NCBI GenBank assembly: GCA_944371305.1
Contig: CALVXM010000001.1
Location: forward strand, 39,600-103,599
Length of the DNA stretch: 64,000 nt
Direction of reading: 5' to 3'
From: an uncultured Bacilli bacterium
GTDB taxonomy: Bacteria; Bacillota_I; Bacilli_A; RF39; UBA660
Below the pieces are notes generated by a model that saw only the letters and a program-made list of their open reading frames with translations, was not told the origin of the DNA and made no database searches. Shown piece after piece: positions 30,605 to 42,055 of the stretch (position 1 is the stretch's first letter; each line of letters opens with the position of its first letter). Made by a program: the position numbers and the translations under genes.

Positions 30605-32062
30605 TTATAAGAACATCATCGCTAACGTTAAAATAAGAATATTGACAACTGCAATCGTAACGACAATCTTTAAAGCAAATTTTACCCAAGTTGCATATTC
30701 TACTTTAGCTACTGCAAGTCCACCCATAATAGCGCCACAAGTTGGTGTAATTAAGTTAACTAAACCGTTAGCAGCAACTATAGTCATAACAGTTCCTTCA
30801 ACACTATATCCTAATTGATAAGCAACTGGTCCTACGATAGGTGCTGATAAAGTAGCCAAACCAGAACTAGATGGAACTAAAATAGATAATAGAACATGAA
30901 TAACATAGTTAAATGGTGCGAATATGATAACTGGAACATTTTTAAGCATCTCAGCAGCATTATAAATTATGTAATTATCTAAATATGTGCTTTGCATTAA
31001 AACTGAAGCTCCACGAGCAATAGCGATAATTAAGATTACTCCAACCATATCGTCAGCGCCATCGATAAATGTATCAACAAATTTTTTCTCTCCAGTTCTA
31101 TTAACAAAACCAATAATAACTGACATAATTAAAAACCACAAAGCTGCTTCATAGAAATACCACTGTCCTAAAGGCATTCCTGTTAACCAACCAGTAAATT
31201 TAGGAAATATATCAATACCAAATTCTTCCCAAGGAATAAATCCAACAATCATCACAACAAATGTCAAAGCAAATAAACATAAAGTAATTTTTTGTTTTTT
31301 GGATAATTTAACATTATCTAATTCAGTATTAACATGACTTCCGTATTCTTCTTCCGCATTTTTTCTTTCTCTTAACGATAAGAAAGTTGAACCTTTTTTC
31401 TTAATAACTCTTTTAGCATAAGCCATTACAAATAAAATAGAAATCAATAAAGTTGTCAGCCATAAAGCTACACCTATACCAATTATAAGTCCTTGATTAA
31501 CAGCAATTCCTTCAGGCAAGGCGCTAACTGCTGCTCCTACCGCAAATGGATTAATAGTTGATCCTAAAACACCTGAACCTGCTCCTAATAAAACAACTGC
31601 TGATGCTACCAAGGTATCCATACCAGCCATTACCATCGTTGCAGATAATAAAGCATAAAAACCAACAGTTTCCTCAAGCATACCATAAGTAGTACCACCA
31701 ACTGAGAAAATAAACATTAAAATTGGTATTAATATTAACTCTTTACCTTTTAGTTTTTTAACCAAAACTTTAATACCAGTTTCCAAAGCTTCAGTTCTTG
31801 CAACAATAGCTAAAAACCCGCCTAGAATAAGAACGAAAATACAAACATCAATCGCATTTTCAAATCCTAAAATAGGAGACAAAAGTACATCTGATAATGT
31901 CGCTCCTACAACACCACTACCATTGACAATTTCTTCAACGCCTTCAGCGTTAGTAACAAATTCTGCTTTAGGTAGAAAATGTGAAACAATTCCTAAAGCA
32001 AATATTAATATGAAAATTATCGAAAAAGCGGTTAGAAAACCTTTTCTTTTTTTCTTTGCCAT
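30605..32062 (-). CDS. YfcC-family membrane carrier (putative arginine/ornithine antiporter, ArcD-like by context)
   Basis: 485 aa, about 11-12 TM helices, basic N-terminus MAKKKRKGFLTAFSIIF typical of YfcC family; last gene of the arc operon. Confidence 0.65.
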   Translation of the reverse strand: MAKKKRKGFLTAFSIIFILIFALGIVSHFLPKAEFVTNAEGVEEIVNGSGVVGATLSDVLLSPILGFENAIDVCIFVLILGGFLAIVARTEALETGIKVLVKKLKGKELILIPILMFIFSVGGTTYGMLEETVGFYALLSATMVMAGMDTLVASAVVLLGAGSGVLGSTINPFAVGAAVSALPEGIAVNQGLIIGIGVALWLTTLLISILFVMAYAKRVIKKKGSTFLSLRERKNAEEEYGSHVNTELDNVKLSKKQKITLCLFALTFVVMIVGFIPWEEFGIDIFPKFTGWLTGMPLGQWYFYEAALWFLIMSVIIGFVNRTGEKKFVDTFIDGADDMVGVILIIAIARGASVLMQSTYLDNYIIYNAAEMLKNVPVIIFAPFNYVIHVLLSILVPSSSGLATLSAPIVGPVAYQLGYSVEGTVMTIVAANGLVNLITPTCGAIMGGLAVAKVEYATWVKFALKIVVTIAVVNILILTLAMMFL

Positions 32063-32063
32063 A

Positions 32064-33005
32064 TTATTCTCCCTTTCTAACGATTACTGTGCCAGTTTTA
32101 CCTAACAAAGCATCCTTGATTTTACCTAATGAGGTAATAATTGCTTGTCCATCTTTTTTATGTGATACATAATCTATACATGCTTCTATCTTAGGAAGCA
32201 TACTGCCTGCTTTAAATTCATCATTCTTCATATATTCTTTTGCTTGTTTAACTGTTAAAAAGTCTAATTTTTGTTCGTTTTCCTTATTAAAATTAATCGC
32301 TACTTTTTCGACAGCTGTCAATATTAAGAAAATATCAGCGTTCAGATCAATCGCTAGTTTCGCGCTAGTTTTATCTTTATCAATAACCGCATCAACTCCA
32401 ACTAGGCTATTACGTTTTTTAATAACTGGTATGCCTCCACCACCTGCTGCTATAATTACATTATGTTTATTGCTTAAGTCCCTAATAACCTTACCCTCAA
32501 CTACCTTTAATGGATTAGGACTAGCAATAACTCTACGGTAACCTCTTCCAGCATCTTCTTTAAATACAAAACCTTTTTCTTTAGTTAATTCATCTGCTTC
32601 TTTTTTTGTATAAAAGTTGCCAATTGGTTTAGTTGGATTAGAAAAAGCTTCATCTTTACTATCAACTAAAACTTGAGTTATAACAGTAATACAATTTTTA
32701 CGCATATTTCGTCTAAATAACTCTTTTTGAATTGATTGCTGCAAATGATATCCAATATATCCTTGACTCATGGCGCCACATTCAGCAAATGGCATATCAG
32801 GAGTATCGATTTCTTCATGTGCTACTTCCATTGCTAAGTTGATCATACCCACTTGAGGTCCATTACCATGAGTTACAACAATATCGTAACCATCTTCGAT
32901 AATATCAACAATATTTTTAGCGGTACTCTTGATTAAATTTAATTGTTCACTAGGGGTATTACCTAAAGCATTACCCCCTAGTGCAATGACGATTTTTCTT
33001 TTCAT
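32064..33005 (-). CDS. arcC: Carbamate kinase
   Basis: N-terminal [11 protein letters not shown], amino-acid kinase fold, 313 aa. Confidence 0.9.
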   Translation of the reverse strand: MKRKIVIALGGNALGNTPSEQLNLIKSTAKNIVDIIEDGYDIVVTHGNGPQVGMINLAMEVAHEEIDTPDMPFAECGAMSQGYIGYHLQQSIQKELFRRNMRKNCITVITQVLVDSKDEAFSNPTKPIGNFYTKKEADELTKEKGFVFKEDAGRGYRRVIASPNPLKVVEGKVIRDLSNKHNVIIAAGGGGIPVIKKRNSLVGVDAVIDKDKTSAKLAIDLNADIFLILTAVEKVAINFNKENEQKLDFLTVKQAKEYMKNDEFKAGSMLPKIEACIDYVSHKKDGQAIITSLGKIKDALLGKTGTVIVRKGE

Positions 33006-33991
33006 TTATATAAAGTCGCGAACATAATAGCTTTAATGGTATGTAATCTATTTTCAGCTTCCTCAAAAACTCTTGACTGTTTTGATTCAAAAACTTCATT
33101 AGTTACTTCCATTTCTGTCAAACCAAATTTTTCATGAATTTCTTGACCAATCGTTGTTTTTAAATCATGGAATGATGGTAAGCAGTGTAGAAATATTGCA
33201 TTTGGATTAGCAATACTCATTAGTTCTTTGTTTACTTGGTAAGGTTTTAATAGATTAATTCTTTCCTCCCAAATACTTGCATCTTCACCCATTGAAACCC
33301 ACACATCAGTATATAATACATCAGCATTTTTAACAGCTTCTTTAGGATCTTCAATAAATTCAATTGTCGAATTATATTTTTTAGCAAACTCTTCACATTG
33401 TTTTACTAATGGTTCTTCAGGTACTAATTGTTTTGGACTACAACAAACAAAGTTAATTCCCAATTTAGAACAAATAACCATTAAAGAATTAGCGACATTA
33501 TTTCTGCCATCACCTAAGAAAACTAATTTTTTACCTCTAATTTCACCAAATTCTTCTTTAACAGTCATAATATCTGCTAACATTTGAGTTGGATGAAATT
33601 CATTAGTTAAACCATTCCAAACTGGAACTTTAGAATACTTGGCTAATTCTTCGACGATTTCCTGATCAAAACCACGATATTCAATGCCATCATACATTCT
33701 CGATAAAACACGAGCCGTATCTTCGATACTTTCTTTTTTGCCCATCTGTGAACCAGTTGGTCCTAAGTAAGTAGCTCCCATACCTAAATCATAAGCTCCA
33801 ACTTCAAAAGCACATCTTGTTCTAGTTGAATCCTTTTCAAAAAGTAAAACAACATTTTTACCTCTTAAATAAGCATGTGATTTTTTATTTTTTTTCTTCT
33901 CTTTGAAAAGAATAGCAAGTTTAATTAAATAAGTAATTTCTTCTGGTGTGTAATCGATTAGTTTTAAAAAATCACGACCATAAAAATTCAT
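33002..33991 (-). CDS. arcB: Ornithine carbamoyltransferase (catabolic)
   Basis: STRTR carbamoyl-phosphate motif, HPTQ, HCLP motifs; 329 aa. Confidence 0.9.
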   Translation of the reverse strand: MNFYGRDFLKLIDYTPEEITYLIKLAILFKEKKKNKKSHAYLRGKNVVLLFEKDSTRTRCAFEVGAYDLGMGATYLGPTGSQMGKKESIEDTARVLSRMYDGIEYRGFDQEIVEELAKYSKVPVWNGLTNEFHPTQMLADIMTVKEEFGEIRGKKLVFLGDGRNNVANSLMVICSKLGINFVCCSPKQLVPEEPLVKQCEEFAKKYNSTIEFIEDPKEAVKNADVLYTDVWVSMGEDASIWEERINLLKPYQVNKELMSIANPNAIFLHCLPSFHDLKTTIGQEIHEKFGLTEMEVTNEVFESKQSRVFEEAENRLHTIKAIMFATLYK

Positions 33992-33992
33992 T

Positions 33993-35234
33993 TTACATCT
34001 CCCTTTCTAATGGCATACTCATACATCTTGGTCCACCACGTCCTCTTGATAATTCAGCACTTGGCATTTCCAAAACTTTAATACCATGATTTCTTAATAC
34101 TTCATTTGTTTCATTATTTCGATCATAGACAACAACAACTCCAGGAGCAATACATAAAGTGTTTGAGCCATCATTCCATTGTTCACGTTCAGAAGCAATC
34201 TTATCGCCTCCCGCACAAGGAATAAGTGTTATTTGACGACCTAAATAATGTGACAAAATATTTTCCAACGAATCATTAATCTCTTTAACATTCAAATCTT
34301 CATCACTATCAGGTACATCGCCTTCAGTTATTTCAAACACTTGAAGAGTTTCCATAATTCCAGGATGATATGTAAATTTATCGTAATCTATTTGTGTAAA
34401 TACGGTGTCTAAGTGCATGAAAGCACGACTATTAGGAATGTTAAAAGCCAATATTGTATCAATCTTACAATCCTTATCTTTAAATAAATTTTTAGCAATT
34501 TGATCAATAGCTTCAGGACAAGTTCTTTGTGAATAACCAATAGCTAAGATATGTTCATTCAAATTTAGAACATCACCGCCTTCAATATGATGAGGAAGAT
34601 AGCGATCATAGTAAAGAGTCAATTGATCTTTATATTCTGGATGATATTCAAAAATATATTCGGCATAGATTGTCTCTCTATTTCTTGTAACTGAATACAT
34701 CTTATTTAAAGAAACACCATGCCCAATACTAGCAAAAGGATCTCTTGTAAAATATAAGTTAGGCATTGGTTTAGCCAAAAATTTTGATTCTTCACTAACT
34801 AAATCAACTAATGATTTTTCAATTTCTCTTTTTTCCCGATCTAATTCACCAATTTGAATTCCTTCCATTGTTTTTAAAACTAGTTCTTTAGGATCCTCAA
34901 TATTATTTAGATATTCATATACTAAATTCTTATATTTAGGAGTCCTAATTCCTGCTTCATAGATAAATTGTTTTAAGAACTTTTCTTTAATACCAGGATT
35001 AAACATTAAAACCTCAGCCATCAAATCTTCCAAATATACTACTTCGATACCGTTTTCCTTTAAAAGATTTGCAAAATAATCATGTTCTTTTTGTGCCACT
35101 GGTAGATAAGGAATATCATCAAATAATAACTCAGATAATGTATCAGGTGTTAAATTTAATAATTCTTTACCAGGGCGATGCAATAAAACTTTTTTTAATT
35201 TTTTAATTTCACTATCAACTTTAATAGCATACAT
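33993..35234 (-). CDS. arcA: Arginine deiminase
   Basis: 413 aa; C-terminal catalytic region [15 protein letters not shown] (Cys nucleophile). Confidence 0.9.
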   Translation of the reverse strand: MYAIKVDSEIKKLKKVLLHRPGKELLNLTPDTLSELLFDDIPYLPVAQKEHDYFANLLKENGIEVVYLEDLMAEVLMFNPGIKEKFLKQFIYEAGIRTPKYKNLVYEYLNNIEDPKELVLKTMEGIQIGELDREKREIEKSLVDLVSEESKFLAKPMPNLYFTRDPFASIGHGVSLNKMYSVTRNRETIYAEYIFEYHPEYKDQLTLYYDRYLPHHIEGGDVLNLNEHILAIGYSQRTCPEAIDQIAKNLFKDKDCKIDTILAFNIPNSRAFMHLDTVFTQIDYDKFTYHPGIMETLQVFEITEGDVPDSDEDLNVKEINDSLENILSHYLGRQITLIPCAGGDKIASEREQWNDGSNTLCIAPGVVVVYDRNNETNEVLRNHGIKVLEMPSAELSRGRGGPRCMSMPLEREM

Positions 35235-35247
35235 ATAAATTCCCCTT

Positions 35248-35949
35248 TCAATTCTTCAAAAATTCTTTTAATCTTTCCGTTTGTGGATTATTAAATAATT
35301 CTTGTGGACTACCACTTTCTAAAATTTTCCCATCATCCATAAAAATTATTTTAGTTGCAAAATTATAAGCAAAATTAAGTTCATGTGTTACCACAATCAT
35401 CGTTATACCTGACTTTGCAACTTCTTCCATTAAATTCAGTACTTCTTCAATCATTTCCCTATCCAACGCTGACGTCGGCTCATCAAATAAAATTACTTTC
35501 GGATCAGTCATCAAAGCTCTTATTATGGCTACTCTTTGTTTCTGACCGCCTGATAAATCAGCAGGATAAGCATTCTCTTTATCATCTAATTTTATTTTTT
35601 TTAAATAATCTTTAGCTTTTTCAATAGCAGTTTCTTTATTCATTAATTTTGTTTTAATAGGCGCTAAAGTAATATTTTCTAAAACCGTTAAATTTTCAAA
35701 TAAATTAAACGATTGAAAAACCATTCCTATTTCATGAGTTTTACTAATTTTATTAATGTCTTTATCACAAAAATTTATCTTTCCACTAGTAGCTTTTTCT
35801 AATCTTCCTAAACATCTAAGTAATGTACTTTTACCACTTCCTGAAGGACCAATAATTACTATTTTTTCTCCATTTTCAACTACTAAATCTATTTTTTTTA
35901 AAACTTCAACTTTTCCAAACTTTTTAACTAGTTTCTTAACTTCGTACAT
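35248..35949 (-). CDS. Polar amino-acid ABC transporter ATP-binding protein
   Basis: Walker A GPSGSGKST, signature LSGGQKQRVAIIRAL, Walker B ILFDEPTSALD. Confidence 0.9.
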   Translation of the reverse strand: MYEVKKLVKKFGKVEVLKKIDLVVENGEKIVIIGPSGSGKSTLLRCLGRLEKATSGKINFCDKDINKISKTHEIGMVFQSFNLFENLTVLENITLAPIKTKLMNKETAIEKAKDYLKKIKLDDKENAYPADLSGGQKQRVAIIRALMTDPKVILFDEPTSALDREMIEEVLNLMEEVAKSGITMIVVTHELNFAYNFATKIIFMDDGKILESGSPQELFNNPQTERLKEFLKN

Positions 35950-36634
35950 GGTTTAGTTTCCTTTCTAACATTCTCATTAGTCTAACTAATAAGAATGTAA
36001 AGAATAAATAAATTAAAGCTGAAACAATAAGTGGAAAGAAATAGTCATAAGTCCTACTAGAAACAATATCGGAAGCTTTTAACAACTCAACAATCCCGAT
36101 ATATCCAGCTACGGAAGTATCTTTTAAAAGTGTAATAAATTCATTACCTAAAGCGGGAAGCATACTTCTTAAAACTTGTGGGAAAATAATATAACGCATC
36201 GTTTGAAAATAAGATAAACCTAAAGTTTTTGCTGCTTCTTTCTGCCCATCGCCAATTGATAAAATACCTGATCTTATTATTTCTGATACATAGGCAGCCG
36301 AGTTTAATCCAAATGTTAATATACCAACTAACAAAATGGGGATATCAATACTCTTGAAAACAACATAATACAAAATCATTAACTGTAATAAAACAGGTGT
36401 TCCTCTTATAATATAAACATAGAAATCACATATTTTAGTGAGAACCTTTAAATGTTTTGTCTCTTTATTATAATCTTTAATTAATGATATAACCATACCC
36501 AAAACAATTCCAATTATAACCGCTAATAAAGCAATTATTAAAGTATTTTTAAGACCATCTAAAAAATACAAATATCTATTTTCATATATAAAAGTTTTAT
36601 AAAACATATCACCTATTTCATTAAAAAAACTCAT
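35936..36634 (-). CDS. Polar amino-acid ABC transporter permease (HisMQ/GlnP family)
   Basis: EAA-like loop region and 5-TM layout; operonic with ATPase and binding protein. Confidence 0.85.
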   Translation of the reverse strand: MSFFNEIGDMFYKTFIYENRYLYFLDGLKNTLIIALLAVIIGIVLGMVISLIKDYNKETKHLKVLTKICDFYVYIIRGTPVLLQLMILYYVVFKSIDIPILLVGILTFGLNSAAYVSEIIRSGILSIGDGQKEAAKTLGLSYFQTMRYIIFPQVLRSMLPALGNEFITLLKDTSVAGYIGIVELLKASDIVSSRTYDYFFPLIVSALIYLFFTFLLVRLMRMLERKLNHVRS

Positions 36635-36637
36635 TTA

Positions 36638-37354
36638 TTACTCCGAATATTTAATAACATATTCTTCTATCTTATTTTCATCGATTAATCTTTGTAAAAC
36701 TTTATTTATCGTATCTAATAATTCTTGATTACCTTTTTTTACAATCATACCATATTTATCGGTAAATAAAATCCCATCTAATATTTTTAACTCATCATTT
36801 TCTTTAACTAATTCTTGCGCTGGTAATTGATCCATAACAATACAATCAGATTTTCCAGCTTTAACATCTTCAGCAGCAGCTAAATATTTCTTTTGAGCTA
36901 TTACTTTTGCATCTTTGTAATTTTCATTAACATACATATCAGCTGTTGTTCCAAGTTGAACAGATATCGTTTTATCTTTAATGTCATCAAGAGTTTTGAT
37001 ATCACTATCCTTTCTTACAACAACTACTTGGTTAGATACGACATATTCAATCGAAAAATCAACTTCTTCTTTTCTTTCGTCAGTAATACTCATACCAGCT
37101 GCTCCAAAATCAGCTTTGCCAGACTTGACTTCATTTATAATAAAATCAAATGCAATATCTTTAACGACTAATTCTTTTCCTAATTCCTTAGCAATCTCTT
37201 TTCCAATTTCGATATCTACTCCTACAATTTCGCCGTTTTCATAAAATTCATAAGGAGCAAAACCGGCTTCTGTCACCATTACTAATTCGTTTTCATTTCT
37301 TCCACAACCAACTAGTAACAAAGCCAAGACTACTATAACTAACTTCTTTAACAT
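36638..37354 (-). CDS. Amino-acid ABC transporter substrate-binding lipoprotein
   Basis: Lipobox LLLVGCG; type II periplasmic-binding-fold size (238 aa). Confidence 0.8.
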   Translation of the reverse strand: MLKKLVIVVLALLLVGCGRNENELVMVTEAGFAPYEFYENGEIVGVDIEIGKEIAKELGKELVVKDIAFDFIINEVKSGKADFGAAGMSITDERKEEVDFSIEYVVSNQVVVVRKDSDIKTLDDIKDKTISVQLGTTADMYVNENYKDAKVIAQKKYLAAAEDVKAGKSDCIVMDQLPAQELVKENDELKILDGILFTDKYGMIVKKGNQELLDTINKVLQRLIDENKIEEYVIKYSE

Positions 37355-37453
37355 CTATCCCTCCTATATTATCTAATAAAATTATATCATTCAAAATAAA
37401 AAAAGTAAATTAATTTTATCATTAATTCGACAAATTAACTCACTTTTGTATAA

Positions 37454-38956
37454 TTAGTTCATTACTATATAATAATTACCATATATATAAAATTTAAACT
37501 CGCTTATATCTACTTTATCAATGTTTTCTTTTTGAACAATATAAATACTTTCTTTATCTAAATTTTTAATATCTTTTATTTCTTTTATATCAGTATTTAA
37601 AACAGCATTATAAGTGTCTATATAAATTTTAAATCCTCCATCATTGTTAAAATTCAAATAATATTTTTCTTTGTCAATATTTTTAACAAATAAAATTCCT
37701 TCTTTTAAACCATTACTGAAACACCCACTATGGTTAATTTCATCATAATAACTGTTGTAAAAAAATACATTATAGCTTACAAATAAAATAATATAAATAA
37801 AACTAATTAAAACCATAAACGTTCTTTTATATTTTATCTTTTTATAAATTAAGTATAAACCATAAACAGTTAAAAATAATAAAGGATACCAAATAATATT
37901 TAGACGATTAATATTAGTTCCATTAATAAATACTCCAACAAAAAGACTTAAAAATGTCCATAGAATAAATAGTTTTATTCCGATATTTTTTTCCTTTTTT
38001 ATAAAATAATAAATTATACCAATAAATATAAATATAATTGAAATGTGATAAGTTGTTCCAAAAATATTAGTGGCATTCCATTCTAAATAATCATATTGTT
38101 TAAAAATAATATTGAATAAAGTTTTTAGGTTTTCTAAAAGTTGAAAAATAATATTATTAGAAAATAATAGCATATCATCAGTTCTAGTTGAATTCGGAAA
38201 ATATTTTATCGTAAATATTCCCAAATTAATACTTTCATTTATTTTAAAGAAATTAATAATGTACATAATTAGCAAAGGTGTGAAAGTAACAAAATAAATT
38301 AAGATACAAATAATTAAGTCTTTTAAAGTTACTTTTTTATTTATAAATAAATATATAGCACTTATTAAAAGAAAAAATGGAACAAAATAAATTGCTATAC
38401 CATACGTATACATAGTAAGGCCAAAAAATATCATTGATAAGTAAAGAAAAATTTTTTTATCAGTTATCCCACGATACAATAAATATATAGATATTAAAGC
38501 AAAATGAGGAAACATATTACAATCAATTGACCATTTTGATTGTAGTATGTGCCAAGGACTAATTGCCAAAAAAGCCAAAGCAACTAAAGCAACTTTTTTA
38601 CTTTTAAATATCCTTTTAGCAAAATCATAGAAAATAAATAAACTAATTAAGCTAATTAAAATCATTGGCAATCTAATTGAAAATAAAGAAAAACCAAATA
38701 TTTTAATGAAAAAAGCCATAATATAAGCAAGCATTACACTTTGTCCAGCAAATCCCCAAGCTTCTAGGTAAACAGGAAAAGAAACCCCAGTTAAGTCTTT
38801 CCCTGTTTCAGCAATTGCCTTAGCATTTAAAGCAGTCATTGATTCATCAACATTTAACTCTAATAAATCAGGCCATTGATAAACTCTAACTAAAATAGCG
38901 ATTAATAAAATAGTTATAAATAAAATTTTAAAATAATTTTTTTTAATAAATTTCAT
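37454..38956 (-). CDS. GT39/GT83-type (PMT/ArnT-like) polytopic glycosyltransferase
   Basis: 500 aa, more than 10 TM helices, first extracytoplasmic loop with DE motif (NVDESMTALNAK). Confidence 0.55.
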   Translation of the reverse strand: MKFIKKNYFKILFITILLIAILVRVYQWPDLLELNVDESMTALNAKAIAETGKDLTGVSFPVYLEAWGFAGQSVMLAYIMAFFIKIFGFSLFSIRLPMILISLISLFIFYDFAKRIFKSKKVALVALAFLAISPWHILQSKWSIDCNMFPHFALISIYLLYRGITDKKIFLYLSMIFFGLTMYTYGIAIYFVPFFLLISAIYLFINKKVTLKDLIICILIYFVTFTPLLIMYIINFFKINESINLGIFTIKYFPNSTRTDDMLLFSNNIIFQLLENLKTLFNIIFKQYDYLEWNATNIFGTTYHISIIFIFIGIIYYFIKKEKNIGIKLFILWTFLSLFVGVFINGTNINRLNIIWYPLLFLTVYGLYLIYKKIKYKRTFMVLISFIYIILFVSYNVFFYNSYYDEINHSGCFSNGLKEGILFVKNIDKEKYYLNFNNDGGFKIYIDTYNAVLNTDIKEIKDIKNLDKESIYIVQKENIDKVDISEFKFYIYGNYYIVMN

Positions 38957-38971
38957 ATCTTTCCAAACCTC

Positions 38972-41900
38972 TTATCCAATTTTTAAAAATTTTGTATCGA
39001 CAATTGAATATAAATATAGATTAATTACTTTATTAGTTTTAGTTGTGACAAATTCTTTATAGCCATTTAATTGTTTTAAATATTTATCATCCTCAACATT
39101 TTTTAATTTATAATCGATTATATCAATATGATCATCGTACTCTAACATAAGATCGATAATTCCGTGATATTTTGTATCATCCTTAATATACATAAATTCA
39201 TATTCTTTATATATTTTAGCATATTTAATATTCTTTAAAACATCACTTTTTAAAAAATTATTAATTTTTTCTTGATAAAATTTATTTTCTAAATTTATTT
39301 CTTGATTAAAATCTAAATTTTCTAATAATTCGTGAAAATATGTTCCAAATTCTAATATCTTTTTCTTATCTTTAGTAATTACTTCATTTATTTTTTTAGA
39401 AAAACTATTTTCTTTTATTTCTTCGTTAGGAATATTAATATTTTCGACTTTTAATTCTTTAAATTCTGAAATATCATAATTATTTTCTTTGATCAAGTTA
39501 TAATCTTTAGTTAAATTAGGAATTTCTACTTTAATTAAATATTTTTCTAATCTATTTTTAACTGAATTAATAATATCTAAAAAACTACGATATTGTTCTT
39601 TAAGATTATTTTTTAATACTAATTCATTATTAAAGCTATTTATGTCACTATATGGTATAACCATTATCATTTTTTCTTTGGCTCTTGTTAGTGCCACATA
39701 AAATAACCTTATTTTTTCTGATATTTCTTCTTTTATATAATCATCTTTAATTAGTGTTTTATAAATAGTATTGCCGATACCTTCATCAAAATATGGTGTG
39801 ATTATACCATATTTATTACTATATAAAAACTTTTCATTCAACTCACTAATATTAAAACTTTTATATAAATTAGCAAAATAACAAATATGATATTCTAAAC
39901 CTTTTGACTTGTGAATTGTCATTATTTTAACGGCATCGCCTAAATCATTATTGATTTGATATTTTATCTGATAATTTTCCCTAATCATCTTGTCTAAATG
40001 GTTAGAAAATAAAACAATATCATAATCAATTAAATTATTTGCCATCTCAATTATCTCGTCAATTTTAATTAAACTCGCTTCAATATTACCAATAGTAATT
40101 AATTTTTCATAAAAATTAAACTTCTTTAAAATCTCATTAATTATATAAGAAGGACTAAAATCTAAAGATATCTCTTGAGCTTTTTTAAATAAATCACTAT
40201 CATAATAATTTTTATTTAAAAAATATTTAAAAATGATATCGTCTTTTTCATTATAAATAAAACTTCGCATAATACTTATAAATAAATATCTAAAATCACT
40301 ATCATATTCTTTATTTTTAACTTTTATCACAAATTTAATTAAATTATTTAAAACATAAATATCTTGATCATTGTTCATCTTTTCTTCTTTTAAAATATTT
40401 AAAGGTATTTTATGATATTCAAATATTTTTTTAAATAAATCAAAATTACTAGAGCGATCCAATAAAATAACAAAATCACTATAACGAACATTTCTTAATA
40501 TTAATTCATCCTTGTCAAATATTTGATAATTATTATCGATTTTATTTTTTATATCACGAGCAATTAAAAAACACTCTACTTCATCTTTACTAAAATTATT
40601 ATTGTCTTTTTCATATTCTAGTATCTCAAGATTATAATCTTGCTTAGTTGCTCCTTCATTGATATAAGAGTCATTACCAAATATCATTTGGTGTGTCTTT
40701 AAATAATCTGCTCCTCCAATATCATCATTCATAATTAAATTAAAAATTAAATTAATATCATCTAAAACTTCTTTTCTTGAACGAAAATTTTTATTTAAAT
40801 CGATTTTAATTCCACCAATTTTTTGGGAATAATTATCATACTTATTTTTAAAAATATTTGGGTTCGCATTTCTAAAGCGATAAATTGATTGCTTAATATC
40901 TCCAACCATATAAACATTATTAGAAGAAATATATTTAATAAATTCTTCTTGTAAATCGTTGGTATCTTGGTATTCATCGATCATAATTTCTTTAAAATTG
41001 TTTTTTAATTCTAAAGCGACATTATCATTTTCTTTAACTATTTTAATTGCAAGCAATGCAATATCATTAAATTCATATAAATCATTTTGTCTTTTATAAA
41101 AATTAATTTTTTTAGTTAATTCTAAAATAATATCAATTATAACTTTAACATAATCTTCAGTTTTTAAAATTGTCTCTTTTATCTTATCGACGCTATCATA
41201 ATTACATAATTCATTAATAGATTTAATTTTTTTATTGAGTTTATCTTTAATTTTTTTAGCCTCATCTAAAGAACCACGCGGTAAAGGTGGTAATTTTAAA
41301 ATAGAATTGTTTTTTATATCAAGATAAATTTCACTATTTAAAAGCGCATTTATTACTTCATATAATTTATTTAAATATTCACTATCCACATAATTACTTA
41401 ATTCACCTATTATATCTTCAAGTGATAAAATTTGCTTTTTAATATAAATTAAATAAGAATTTATATCTTTATCAATATCACTAAATTGATAGTTTTCTAA
41501 ATAAGCAATTTTATCGATTAACATATCTAATTTATCATTTATAGTTAAAATTTGTTTTCTAATTTCTTTATCATCTTTAACACAAAAATCATTAATTAAT
41601 TTTTTAAAATTAGTGTCATTTTGATATTTATTTTCAAATATTTCATCTAAAAACTCTTCTTTTTTTATTTTAACAACTGATTCCTCAATAATATTTACAT
41701 CTTTTGCTATATTAATTAAATAATGATATTTCTTAACAACCGATAAAGCAAAACTATCGAAAGTTGTAATATAAGCTGCATCAATCATATCTAATTCTTG
41801 AACTAGATTTTCTTTTTTGATTTTTTTTCTAATTCGTTCTTTCATTTCACTAGCTGCAGCTTTAGTGAAAGTTAAAATAAGTAATTCGTTAATATGAATA

Positions 41901-42055
41901 CCTTGTTTTAATTTATCGATAACACGTTCACTTAAAACCGCTGTCTTACCGCTTCCTGCACCCGCACTGACAATAATATTTGTCCCACTTTTATAAATCG
42001 CATCATTTTGTTCTTTAGTCCACACTGGCATTATCATCACCTCCAATATCGACAA
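38972..42055 (-). CDS. addA: ATP-dependent helicase/nuclease subunit A (AddA/RexA, UvrD-like helicase plus RecB nuclease)
   Basis: Walker A AGAGSGKT, UvrD helicase motifs, C-terminal nuclease GIIDLMLE...IIDYKL. Confidence 0.85.
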   Translation of the reverse strand: MSILEVMIMPVWTKEQNDAIYKSGTNIIVSAGAGSGKTAVLSERVIDKLKQGIHINELLILTFTKAAASEMKERIRKKIKKENLVQELDMIDAAYITTFDSFALSVVKKYHYLINIAKDVNIIEESVVKIKKEEFLDEIFENKYQNDTNFKKLINDFCVKDDKEIRKQILTINDKLDMLIDKIAYLENYQFSDIDKDINSYLIYIKKQILSLEDIIGELSNYVDSEYLNKLYEVINALLNSEIYLDIKNNSILKLPPLPRGSLDEAKKIKDKLNKKIKSINELCNYDSVDKIKETILKTEDYVKVIIDIILELTKKINFYKRQNDLYEFNDIALLAIKIVKENDNVALELKNNFKEIMIDEYQDTNDLQEEFIKYISSNNVYMVGDIKQSIYRFRNANPNIFKNKYDNYSQKIGGIKIDLNKNFRSRKEVLDDINLIFNLIMNDDIGGADYLKTHQMIFGNDSYINEGATKQDYNLEILEYEKDNNNFSKDEVECFLIARDIKNKIDNNYQIFDKDELILRNVRYSDFVILLDRSSNFDLFKKIFEYHKIPLNILKEEKMNNDQDIYVLNNLIKFVIKVKNKEYDSDFRYLFISIMRSFIYNEKDDIIFKYFLNKNYYDSDLFKKAQEISLDFSPSYIINEILKKFNFYEKLITIGNIEASLIKIDEIIEMANNLIDYDIVLFSNHLDKMIRENYQIKYQINNDLGDAVKIMTIHKSKGLEYHICYFANLYKSFNISELNEKFLYSNKYGIITPYFDEGIGNTIYKTLIKDDYIKEEISEKIRLFYVALTRAKEKMIMVIPYSDINSFNNELVLKNNLKEQYRSFLDIINSVKNRLEKYLIKVEIPNLTKDYNLIKENNYDISEFKELKVENINIPNEEIKENSFSKKINEVITKDKKKILEFGTYFHELLENLDFNQEINLENKFYQEKINNFLKSDVLKNIKYAKIYKEYEFMYIKDDTKYHGIIDLMLEYDDHIDIIDYKLKNVEDDKYLKQLNGYKEFVTTKTNKVINLYLYSIVDTKFLKIG

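Noticed and set aside
37355-37453. Possible ArgR (ARG box) operator upstream of the arc/ABC operon (TTTGAATGATATAATTTTA)
   Set aside because: Only one half-site (TGAAT) matches, the second half-site ATTCA is absent, and no regulator gene is nearby. The evidence is too weak to annotate.
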